NCBI GenBank assembly: GCA_023150935.1
Contig: JAKLJW010000008.1
Span: 1,721 to 65,720 of the forward strand
DNA: 64,000 nucleotides
Source: Candidatus Binatia bacterium
GTDB lineage: Bacteria > Desulfobacterota > Binatia > HRBIN30
Reading direction: 5' to 3'
Each line of letters opens with the position of its first letter. Position 1 is the stretch's first letter. Made by a program: the position numbers and the translations under genes. The notes beneath the pieces were generated by a model, which saw nothing but the letters and a program-made list of their open reading frames with translations, had not been told where the DNA came from and did not search any database. Below are positions 26,101 to 35,808 of this stretch, piece after piece.

Positions 26101-26414
26101 ACGCGATCGACGTCGGAGCCGGCGAGCACCTCCGCAATAACCGCACATGCTCCCTCGGCGGCCGTCGAACGAATGCGGTCGATGCCGTCGATACCGTCGA
26201 TCTGCTCTTCGATGCGAACGCAGACGCCCTCTTCGACTTCCTCGGGCGCGGCGCCCAGGTACTCGACGGCGACGCTCACCATGTCGATATCGATGTCCGG
26301 GAAGGTCTTTTGCGGAATCGACGGCAGGGCCATCAGGCCGCCGACGACGAGAACCATCATCAGCAGGTTGGCCGCGACGTTGTTGCGCGCGAACCAGGCT
26401 ACCGCCGTCTTCAT
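23172..26414 (-). CDS. RND efflux permease (AcrB/HAE-type)
   Basis: ATG at 26414, 4 nt after the adaptor-gene stop. About 1080 aa. MKTAVAWFARNNVAANLLMMVLVVGG...PDIDIDMVSVAVEYLGAAPEEVEEGV is the typical AcrB N-terminus. Two 6-TM bundles and large periplasmic loops. Confidence 0.9.
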   Translation of the reverse strand: MKTAVAWFARNNVAANLLMMVLVVGGLMALPSIPQKTFPDIDIDMVSVAVEYLGAAPEEVEEGVCVRIEEQIDGIDGIDRIRSTAAEGACAVIAEVLAGSDVDRVFTDIKNRVDAINTFPTETEKPIVARVTIRRPVSDIALYGPADERSLRAIAERIRDELAAHPAITQVDVVLARPFEISIEISEEALRRHGITFDHVAAAVRRSSLDLPGGTIETAGGEILLRAKGQAYRGPDFEDIIVLTRADGTRVTLGDVATVVDGFADTSVSGRFDGKPALLIQVFRVGQQDVIEIAEAVKEYVATAQPRLPEGVSLTVWQDDSVPLRGRLETLLSNARSGFILVFIVLTLFLHTRLAAWVTLGVPISFLGALALFNPLGISINVISLFAFIVVLGILVDDATVVGESVHTWQEKLGNNLEGAVIGTQQVTVPVVFGVLTTVATFVPMVVLPGPMGQVFAVAGIVSIACLVCSLIESQFVLPAHLGHAHPHRGPRTRVGRAWVGLQDRCSDGLIAFAHKVYRPVLVLAQEWRYTTIAIAMVLLLLAFTVVASGRMHFSFFPPIEADYLSARLTMPPGTTAEVTQAAVDRIAAAVGPLRQEIDAAHARPGASLFKNVLTAVGAQPLKDRQDNNPAAVQGIGEVRGNVAEVVIGLVPSEERDISTGEIGQRWRDLVGAVPGATELGYASDLFSAGNAIDIELAGTDIDELAQAARRVKDELARYPGVVDIADSFRAGKREIKLGIRPSAELLGLTLQDLARQVRQAFYGQEAQRIQRGRDDIRVMVRYPERDRTSIGDLENLRVRAPDGTEVPFSTVATVDLGRGYSTIRRTDRKRVVNVTADVDRAVTTANEVLEDMTGEKLPRILADYPSVSYDLEGEQREQTRALSGLLGAYVLALFAVYALLAIPLGSYTQPFIIMSVIPFGIVGAIGGHLLMGRHLSMMSVIGIVALSGVVVNASLVLVHFVNEARSEGVTVHDAITEAGVARFRPIVLTSLTTFVGLLPLMTEQSVQAQFLIPMAISLGYGVLFATLITLLVVPCGYLVLEDIGRFLARISGRRADRVPSAAPGLPPAATPAIDRGHTT

Positions 26415-26418
26415 CCGC

Positions 26419-27681
26419 TCAGTGCGCCCCGGCGGCGGCCGTCGCCACCGCCGCGTTGTTCCGCATGGCCGGGCGGACGCGCATGCCGTCGACGGCGGTC
26501 TCGATCGCCGAGGTGACGATGCGATCTCCGCGTGCGAAGGTCTTCGCGGCCAGCACAACGTCGCGGCGCTCCCGGCGGATCACATCGGCGCGGCGCATTC
26601 GCAGTCGGTCGTCCGCATCCACCACCAGGACGTGATCTCGATCGCGCATCGCCGCCCGGGGCACCACGACGACCTCGTCGACGGTCCGGCCCAGGATCTC
26701 GGCCTCGACGAACAGACCGACCGCCAGGGGCGGCGCCCCGTCGTTGTCGCCGTAAGGATCGTCGACCGCGGCAACCAGGTTCACCAGGCGACTGCGCGTG
26801 TCGATCTCGCCCTCGGTGCGCACGACATGTCCGCGCCACTCCTGTTCGCGACCGGCAAACTCGGCGCGCAGGACGACTTCCGGGTTTTCGGCCGGCGGCA
26901 GACCGCTACGGCTCAGGAGCGGCACATCGATAAAAGCCAGTTCCGCATCGGCGATCGGCAGGCGGACTTCGGCGCGGTCGATGGCGTACAGGTGAGCCAC
27001 AGGAGCGCCGCGGCTAACGAACTGGCCGACGTCGACGGTCTCGCGGCGCACTCGTCCCGTAAACGGCGCGCGCAGCCTGGTCCGATCGAGATCGCGCTCG
27101 GCCTGTTCGAGTGCGGCCCGAGCCTCCCGCAACGTCGCCGCGGTTACGCGTTCGGCACGCTCGACGTCGTCGAGTTGAGCCTGGCTGGCGACGCCCGTCT
27201 TGATCAGGCCGCGCAGCCGCTCGAGTTCCTTGTCGGCGCGGACGTGCTCGCTTTCGGCGCGGGCCAGCGCCGCCCGCGCCCGCTCGCGCGCCACTTCGTA
27301 GTCGGCGGGTTCGATCTCGATCAGGACCTCCCCCTCCTCGAAGAACCCGCCCGAAACCAGTCGCGGCGATACCCAGACCGCCTTGCCCGAGACCTGCGGC
27401 ACCAGATCGCTCTCGGTCCGGGCCGAGACGGTACCCTGGGTACGCACCCGCATCCGGTGACGGGTGACGTTAACCGGGGCCACTTCGACCGCCGGCGCGA
27501 CCGCCTCCGGGACCCGTTCCGTTACATCCGGCGCGGTTGCGAACAACAGCGCCACGGCACCCAGGCCGGCCGCGAACACGGCAACCGGTAGCACGATCTT
27601 GAGGGTTCGCTTCACGATCGCGACTATAGGAGGTCGCCTGCCCCAATCAAGGTAGAGCCTCGACGGGGCGGCTCGAGGCAT
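26419..27681 (-). CDS. RND efflux periplasmic adaptor (membrane fusion protein, HlyD family)
   Basis: Anchor LKIVLPVAVFAAGLGAVALLF. Lipoyl/hairpin pattern VSGKAVWVSP...GEVLIEIEPADYEVARERARAALARAE...LRAPFTGRV. The start is ATG 27681 or GTG 27615. Confidence 0.85.
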   Translation of the reverse strand: MPRAAPSRLYLDWGRRPPIVAIVKRTLKIVLPVAVFAAGLGAVALLFATAPDVTERVPEAVAPAVEVAPVNVTRHRMRVRTQGTVSARTESDLVPQVSGKAVWVSPRLVSGGFFEEGEVLIEIEPADYEVARERARAALARAESEHVRADKELERLRGLIKTGVASQAQLDDVERAERVTAATLREARAALEQAERDLDRTRLRAPFTGRVRRETVDVGQFVSRGAPVAHLYAIDRAEVRLPIADAELAFIDVPLLSRSGLPPAENPEVVLRAEFAGREQEWRGHVVRTEGEIDTRSRLVNLVAAVDDPYGDNDGAPPLAVGLFVEAEILGRTVDEVVVVPRAAMRDRDHVLVVDADDRLRMRRADVIRRERRDVVLAAKTFARGDRIVTSAIETAVDGMRVRPAMRNNAAVATAAAGAH

Positions 27682-27719
27682 CGCCGGACCCCGGCGGGCG
27701 CTCGGCCGCGGTTGGCGAC

Positions 27720-30389
<2,670 letters not shown>

Positions 30390-30636
30390 GGCGACTGCTA
30401 CCCGGCGAGAGCGTCGAACGGCACCGGCTCGGCACGATCCGCATGCCCCGCCCCCGTGCAGGGACGCTCCGGCGTCGTCCGGGTCGGGACTCTCGGCCAC
30501 GATCGACGGCTAACGGGGCATCGCAGTCGAACCCACCGCGGGCCCGCACAAGCGATCTGTTCATCCGCGGCCGTCATTCACGCAGCTTGTACTTGACGCA
30601 AGCTGCCCCGTCGAGACGGCCGGGTTCCAGCGGGGG

Positions 30637-30670
30637 CCCGTCGTGTGCGGGTCCCCGTCGTGTGCGGGTC
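30637..30670. repeat. Perfect 17-bp tandem duplication (cccgtcgtgtgcgggtc x2)
   Basis: Read directly: 30637-30653 equals 30654-30670. Each unit holds a short cccg...cggg inverted repeat. It lies about 250 bp upstream of the ATPase start codon. Confidence 0.9.
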
Positions 30671-31127
30671 GGACCACTTCAACCTGCGGTAATCGCTGGA
30701 TCTACGTAACGAAATCAGGCGCATTTTGCGGCTATGGCGTCGTTTTCGACGCCAGAACCGCCAGGATACGCCGCCGCTTCCTCACGCAGGACATGGGGCG
30801 CCGCCCTCACCCACCCGATTCCGAGGCAAAAAACGACCGCATAGACCCGTCTTTGAAGCCAGAATAAGCGACTTGTCAAATAAATGCGCGTACATCCGGA
30901 GGTCCGACCCACGCGACTCCGCAGGGTGCGAATTCCCACCGTTTCTCGCTGCGGGCTATGGCGTCCTTCCCGCCCCGTCCCGGCTTGTCCCGGACCGTTC
31001 GTTTGCAGAATGTTTGCGCCTCGTCGGTTCCGGATCTCGGTGGGATGTTGCATCACTCCGAGGGCGACATGGCGACCGTTCGGGCAGGCGCCGGCATCGG
31101 TGGGTGACGGTGCCCGAGTGGCCGCGA

Positions 31128-31400
31128 TCAGTACCTATCGATGTTCTCTCTCAGGATCAGCTTCAGCATTGTCTGATAAGGCAAGCCGCGTTTCTTCCCC
31201 TTCTGGGTCAGACGCGCGATAAGATCCGCCTCCAATTTGATGGAGGTTGGCCGGAGGGGCCGAACCACGACCGCCGAACCGGCCGCCTGTGCTGCGTCCG
31301 CCCAGTCCCCGCCCACCGTATCATTGCGGGTATTCCTCACTACGCCGATTCGCTTTCCCGCCGCCGCCGGTTTCCTCTTCCCGGCCGATGAGGCTCTCAT
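31128..31400 (-). CDS. brnA: BrnA-family antitoxin
   Basis: The C-terminus TSIKLEADLIARLTQKGKKRGLPYQTMLKLILRENIDRY is the BrnA RHH-like pattern. It sits directly downstream of brnT. The start is uncertain because the track start overlaps brnT by 80 nt. Confidence 0.75.
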   Translation of the reverse strand: MRASSAGKRKPAAAGKRIGVVRNTRNDTVGGDWADAAQAAGSAVVVRPLRPTSIKLEADLIARLTQKGKKRGLPYQTMLKLILRENIDRY

Positions 31401-31710
31401 AGAATTTCCTTTCCTTACGCCCCATGGGGCGACAACTGATTACACGTACCTTCGCGCCGCGGCGGGTGAAGACCATCGTGAGCCGTTTGCCGGTGTCTGT
31501 CTCTCCGAAGAGCACCCAGCGGGGTTCCGCATAGACCGGACTCACGACGCGGCCGGCGAGCACGAACACGCGTTCGATCAGGGACTCCGCCTCGTCGCAG
31601 GTCACGCCGTGCTTGGTCGTGCTCTTCAGGCTGTTGCCCTGGTCCCATACAAACGGGGGACGCCGCGCAAGCCACGCCGCCGTCTCCTCATCCGCAACGA
31701 GCCGCCTCAT
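31321..31710 (-). CDS. brnT: BrnT-family toxin (DUF497 ribonuclease)
   Basis: FVWDQGNSLKSTTKHGVTCDEAESL...RWVLFGETDTGKRLTMVFTRRGAKVRVISCRPMGRKERKFY matches the DUF497 consensus (F.WD..K...N..KHGV.F.EA...R.ISAR.....E...Y). Confidence 0.85.
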   Translation of the reverse strand: MRRLVADEETAAWLARRPPFVWDQGNSLKSTTKHGVTCDEAESLIERVFVLAGRVVSPVYAEPRWVLFGETDTGKRLTMVFTRRGAKVRVISCRPMGRKERKFYESLIGREEETGGGGKANRRSEEYPQ

Positions 31711-31724
31711 TGCCCACCAGCAAC

Positions 31725-31743
31725 GTAGCTACCGCGTAGCTAC
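31725..31743. promoter_or_regulatory. Twin 8-bp palindromes GTAGCTAC-cgc-GTAGCTAC: putative BrnTA operator
   Basis: GTAGCTAC at 31725-31732 and 31736-31743, with an 11-bp centre-to-centre spacing. They begin 15 bp upstream of the brnT ATG (31710). Confidence 0.5.
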
Positions 31744-31826
31744 CCGTCAATCATCGTACGGAGCCGCGCCCGCGATGCTTTGCGTTGCCGGCGTTGCTCC
31801 GCTCCTTGATCCCGTTGGGCGGAACC

Positions 31827-31862
31827 GACGAGACACCCACGTGCGAACCCGACCCGCCACCG
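31827..31862. repeat. 36-bp direct repeat, copy A (CACGTG core)
   Basis: gacgagacacccacgtgcgaacccgacccgccaccg. 33/36 identical to 32070-32105. Confidence 0.85.
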
Positions 31863-32069
31863 ATGAGCGCAGGGTGAGCGGGGGAAACCCAATCAAATTC
31901 CACCACCGCTCAGGCTGAGCCTGTCGAAGCCGGGTTTGGCCGCTTATCGACAGTCTCTTTCGCGGGAATGACGAAGGTCCCGCCGAGGCTTTGCAGGACG
32001 GCCACCCACGCGGTTTTCGCTGACCCTTGCCACAGGCTGCCGAGCATCCGTTAGTGTAACTGACGAACT

Positions 32070-32105
32070 GACGACACACCCACGTGCAAACCCCACCCGC
32101 CACCG
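32070..32105. repeat. 36-bp direct repeat, copy B (CACGTG core)
   Basis: gacgacacacccacgtgcaaaccccacccgccaccg. Lies 207 bp from the 3' end of tRNA-Sec. Confidence 0.85.
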
Positions 32106-32261
32106 TTCGTGCCGAGTAGCGCCGCTTCCTCAGGCGCGTATCGAGGCACGTCCGCTGTCACCCCTCGATACGGCCCCTGAACAAACGGGTCCTACTCGGG
32201 GCGAACGGGGAGTTGCGGGCATTGGGTTGCGGGGGGTAGCCCGCGCGATGTTCCAGGAGGA

Positions 32262-32311
32262 GGAGGACAAGTCCTCCGTAGCCCCCGCGTCAGATGAAGC
32301 GTGCGCGGGGG
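32262..32311 (-). terminator. Two GC hairpins immediately 3' of tRNA-Sec
   Basis: On the minus strand, CCCCCGCG-14 nt-CGCGGGGG (32311-32282) abuts the tRNA 3' end. It is followed by GGAGGA-cttg-TCCTCC (32277-32262). No U-tract. Confidence 0.35.
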
Positions 32312-32403
32312 CGGAGGAGGAAGGGAGTCGAACCCTCCGTCCGACTTGCGCCGGACCACGCGGTTTTGAAGACCGGGGAGGCCACCGGGCCCCATCCTCC
32401 TCC
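32312..32403 (-). tRNA. selC: tRNA-Sec (anticodon UCA)
   Basis: Minus-strand 92-nt sequence: GGAGGAGG-AT-GGGGCC-CGGT-GGCCTC-..CGGT-CTTCAAA-ACCG..-GTCCG-GCGCAAGT-CGGAC-G-GAGGG-TTCGACT-CCCTT-CCTCCTCC-G. It has an 8-bp acceptor, a 6-bp D-stem with a 4-nt loop, a UCA anticodon in a CTTCAAA loop, a long variable arm, a 5-bp T-stem with GGTTCGACTCC, and discriminator G. This is the bacterial 8/5 tRNA-Sec architecture (compare E. coli selC). CCA is not encoded. Confidence 0.9.
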
Positions 32404-32415
32404 GTACCGTCCGCA

Positions 32416-32443
32416 AGACTATTCGATTTGAGAACATGGGCAA
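32416..32443 (-). promoter_or_regulatory. Candidate sigma70-type promoter for selC
   Basis: Minus strand: TTGCCC (32443-32438), 16-nt spacer, TAGTCT (32421-32416), ending 12 nt upstream of the tRNA 5' end. Weak consensus match. Confidence 0.3.
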
Positions 32444-32580
32444 GGCGGGGATGAAGGGCCTGGGGGATCCACCACCTCACGTCCCCACGCCCTCATGCCC
32501 CCATGCCCTCACGCCCCAAGCCCCCAGCCATTGTCCCCGCCCTCCGTTTGCGTATTCTCTGGGCCCGGAGGACCGTACTC

Positions 32581-33786
32581 ATGCCTGCAGAACACGGCGC
32601 GCCCCCGTGGCGTAGCTTCGATCTCTTCGCCCCCACCGACGAACACCGCATGCTCGCCGACACTCTGCACACTTTCGTCCGCGACGAGGTGGAACCGCAA
32701 GCCGCCGCTTACAACCGCGACGAGCGCTTCAACCTTGCCCTGTTCCGCCGCGCCGGCGAACTCGGCCTGCTCGGGCTCACCATCCCCGAAAGCGAAGGCG
32801 GCGCCGGACTCGATGCCACCGCCGCGGTCATGACCCACGAGGCCCTCTCGTATGCCGACCCCGCCTTCTGCCTCTCGTACCTGGCGCACGCCGTGCTCTT
32901 CGCCCACAACTTCGCCCACAACGCCACCCCCGCCCAGCTTGCCCGCGTCCTGCCCAAAGCCATCAGCGGCGAGTGGATCGGCGGCATGTGCATGACCGAA
33001 CCGGACGCCGGCACCGACGTCCTCGGCATGCGCTCCACCGCCGTCCGCCAGGGCGATCACTACGTCCTCAACGGCCGCAAAATGTTCATCACCAACGGCG
33101 CTGTCGACGACCACACCCTCGGCGACGTCTTCCTCGTCTACGCCAAGACCGACGGCAAGATCAGCACCTTCCTGATCGAGAAGGGATTTCCCGGATTCGC
33201 CCTCGGCCAGCGCCTGCACGACAAGCTCGGCATGCGCGCCTCGATGACCGCCGAGCTGGTCTTCGATAACTGCATCGTGCCCGCCGGCAACCTCATCGGC
33301 CACGAAGGCGAGAGCATGAAACACATGATGCGGAACCTCGAGATGGAACGTCTGACCCTCGCCGCCATGTCGCTCGGCATCGCCATGCGCGCGGTCGAGG
33401 TCATGTTCCGCTACGCCAACGAGCGGAAGGCGTTCGGCACCGCCATCCGTGACTTCGGTCAGGTTCAGGCCCACCTCGCCAACTCGTACGCCGAGTTCAA
33501 AGCCGCCCGCGCCCTGGTCTACGATGTCGCGCGCCGGCTCGACCCCAGCACCTTCGGCAACCGCGCCGACGCCGACGCCGCTAAACTGTTCGCCGCCCGC
33601 ATCGCCAAAGACATCGCCGACCGCGCCATTCAGGTCCTCGGCGGCTACGGCTACATCGGCGAGTACGTCGTCGAACGCCTGTGGCGCGATGCCAAGTTGC
33701 TGGAGATCGGCGGCGGCACCAACGAGGCGCACCAGAAGAACATCACCAAAGACGTCTCCCGCACCCCGGAGATGATCCGCCGGTGA
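32581..33786 (+). CDS. Acyl-CoA dehydrogenase, isovaleryl-CoA dehydrogenase-like
   Basis: ATG at 32581. ...FNLALFRRAGELGLLGLTIPESEGGAGLD..., LSYLAHAVLFAHNF, GGMCMTEPDAGTDVLGM, YVLNGRKMFITNG and QVLGGYGYIGEYVVERLWRDAKLLEIGGGTNEAH align in order with IVD/LiuA-type ACADs. Confidence 0.85.
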   Translation: MPAEHGAPPWRSFDLFAPTDEHRMLADTLHTFVRDEVEPQAAAYNRDERFNLALFRRAGELGLLGLTIPESEGGAGLDATAAVMTHEALSYADPAFCLSYLAHAVLFAHNFAHNATPAQLARVLPKAISGEWIGGMCMTEPDAGTDVLGMRSTAVRQGDHYVLNGRKMFITNGAVDDHTLGDVFLVYAKTDGKISTFLIEKGFPGFALGQRLHDKLGMRASMTAELVFDNCIVPAGNLIGHEGESMKHMMRNLEMERLTLAAMSLGIAMRAVEVMFRYANERKAFGTAIRDFGQVQAHLANSYAEFKAARALVYDVARRLDPSTFGNRADADAAKLFAARIAKDIADRAIQVLGGYGYIGEYVVERLWRDAKLLEIGGGTNEAHQKNITKDVSRTPEMIRR

Positions 33787-34745
33787 ACCGCCCCATTCTC
33801 GCCGCAATGGTCACGCTCGCGGTCGCCGCCGGCACCGCATGCGCCCACCCCCCGCACGCCTCCACGTCCCCACGCCCCCACGCCCTCACGCCCCCACGCC
33901 CCCCCCGCTTCTTCGTCCACGGCGACGGCCGTTTACGGCTCCGCCACGCCCACTTCAACAGCGTCCTCGACGTTCGCTATCGCCGCCCCGACGGCACTTA
34001 CGATCCGGCGGCGCTGGCCGAGATCCGGCACTTCTTCCGTTCCCGCGGCGACGGACGCGAAGGCCGCATATCGCTGCGACTGATCGAGCTGCTCGGCTAC
34101 GTACAAACCCACTACCGGCCACGGACGATGACCCTCGTCTCCGGATATCGCAGTCCGGACTACAACGAAGGAATCCGCTCGGCCGGGGCGCTGGCGGCGC
34201 AAACCTCGCTGCACACCCAGGGCCTTGCCGCGGACGTGGCAATGACCGGCGTCAACTTGAAGCGGCTCTGGACCGACCTGCGCGCCGAACAAGTCGGCGG
34301 CGCCGGGTACTACCGTAGCGGCAACTTCCTGCACCTCGACACCGGGCCGCCGCGCTTCTGGGAGGAAACGACCTCGCGGGTGAAAGACAACCTCTCCGCC
34401 GACAACGCGCGCGTCTTCGTTCGCACGGACTTCGACTACTACGACCGGCTCGACGGCGCCCGGGTGGAGCTGCACAGCGTCACGGCGTTTCCCCTCGCGA
34501 TCCGCCGGGAAGCGTCCGTGGGGGGAACGCAGGTTGTGCTCGAAGCGGCGGACAACACGCCGGCGACGCGGCGCGGCGATTGCCTCGTCATCGACGCCCC
34601 GGCCGACGCCTACGTCTTCAACGTACGCTCCGCCGACGGGCACGGTTCCGCCGGCAAGGCGCCGCTGGTGCTCACCACCTGCGCGCCGCGCACCGGCAAG
34701 ACGAAGGCCGAACTGGTCTCGAATCCGATCGAGGCGGAGCGGTAG
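33783..34745 (+). CDS. DUF882 / peptidase M15A-family protein (YcbK/MepK-like murein endopeptidase)
   Basis: GTG at 33783 overlaps the ACAD stop (GTGA). Signal-like ILAAMVTLAVAAGTACA. SGYRSPDYNEGI, the zinc-ligand pattern SLHTQGLAADV (H-x6-D) and NFLHLDTG. Confidence 0.75.
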   Translation: MNRPILAAMVTLAVAAGTACAHPPHASTSPRPHALTPPRPPRFFVHGDGRLRLRHAHFNSVLDVRYRRPDGTYDPAALAEIRHFFRSRGDGREGRISLRLIELLGYVQTHYRPRTMTLVSGYRSPDYNEGIRSAGALAAQTSLHTQGLAADVAMTGVNLKRLWTDLRAEQVGGAGYYRSGNFLHLDTGPPRFWEETTSRVKDNLSADNARVFVRTDFDYYDRLDGARVELHSVTAFPLAIRREASVGGTQVVLEAADNTPATRRGDCLVIDAPADAYVFNVRSADGHGSAGKAPLVLTTCAPRTGKTKAELVSNPIEAER

Positions 34746-34828
34746 CGGCACTTCGTACGCGCGGCGCACCGAACCCGGGCAAGTGCGGGGCGGCAGCCGG
34801 CGCCGCTCTGCGGCGGGTTGGGTCCTGC

Positions 34829-35644
34829 CTATTCGGGCTTTTCGAGGGCGTCGAGCTGGGGCGGCTCGATCTTCTTGAAGCCGGCGGGGACGGCGAACAC
34901 GTCGGCCGGCGGGGTTTCCGACTTTACCTCGATGGCCTCGGTCGTCGTCGAGGTCCGCTCCCCTCCGGCGCCCCAATCGATGGTCGTGCGCAGCGGAACG
35001 CCCTGCACGCTGGCCAGCGTTTCCATCACGCGAGCCATGTCCCAGCCTTCGCCGAGGTCTTTCGTCGCCGCCACGGCCTTCTCGGCGTAACCCGGCGGCA
35101 GGCGCAACGACTCGGCCACCCACGCCTCGATCGACGAGTCGCCGCTGCGGGCGGCGTATTCTTTGGTCTCGTAACCGGCGATCCGTTCCGTCTTGCCCGT
35201 GGGTTTCAATTCCGCGGCCGGGGAGTTGGCCATGCCGCCCTCGCCCCCGCCCATCTTACCCAGGTATTGTTGGGCACGGGCGCGGGCTTCCGGGGGCATT
35301 TCCGCCATCTGCTGTTCGAGCTGACGGCGCATCTTGTCCATGTGCACCCGCACCCCGCGCACGCGTTCCCGCATGGCCACGAAGCTCTCGCTGTAATAGG
35401 TCTTGTCTTCCTTGTTCACGAAGGTCAGGCGATCGGTGTCAAGGTCCAGTATGAGCCGCATCGCCCTGGTATCGACGGCCATCTTGCCGCCCGACCAGTA
35501 CTGGGTCGACTCCTCCGGCGGCGTGCCCATGCCGGCGTTGGTGACACGCTGGCGAACGATCAAATCGAGCGCCGACGCCGGCGACGCCAGCGTCGCTACA
35601 ATCGTCACGATCCACAATCCCTTCACGCGCTTTACGCTTCTCAC
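34829..35644 (-). CDS. Secreted DUF4412-like protein
   Basis: GTG at 35644 is preceded by AGGAGG at 8-nt spacing (the track ATG 35665 has no RBS). Signal peptide KGLWIVTIVATLASPASA. The body is rich in Met and charged residues. The family call is from memory of DUF4412 architecture and is only moderately certain. Confidence 0.55.
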   Translation of the reverse strand: MRSVKRVKGLWIVTIVATLASPASALDLIVRQRVTNAGMGTPPEESTQYWSGGKMAVDTRAMRLILDLDTDRLTFVNKEDKTYYSESFVAMRERVRGVRVHMDKMRRQLEQQMAEMPPEARARAQQYLGKMGGGEGGMANSPAAELKPTGKTERIAGYETKEYAARSGDSSIEAWVAESLRLPPGYAEKAVAATKDLGEGWDMARVMETLASVQGVPLRTTIDWGAGGERTSTTTEAIEVKSETPPADVFAVPAGFKKIEPPQLDALEKPE

Positions 35645-35808
35645 GGCCGGTCCTCCTGGCTGCATTGCGACGCCACCGGCACTCAGGACCGGGGAGTGGC
35701 GCCCCGTGCTTACGGCGACCGGCGCCCGCCGTCAACGGCGCGGGGTCCATTATACGATCGTGAACCCGCGCCCCTTGCCTCTTGGGGTCGATGCGGTATC
35801 GTCCGCGC

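Noticed and set aside
30715-31391. Track ORFs 30715..31056 (minus strand), 30726..31391 (plus strand) and 30884..31222 (plus strand)
   Set aside because: They overlap one another and lie in a lower-GC, repeat-containing stretch. Their translations are Arg/Pro/Gly-rich with no motif or RBS. The last also overlaps brnA.
31827-32105. The 36-bp direct repeats as duplicated tRNA-Sec 3' ends (classic att sites)
   Set aside because: The repeat shares only gggttcg with the tRNA T-arm and does not reproduce the tRNA 3' sequence (ggttcgactcccttcctcctccg). An att-site interpretation is therefore not supported by the sequence itself.
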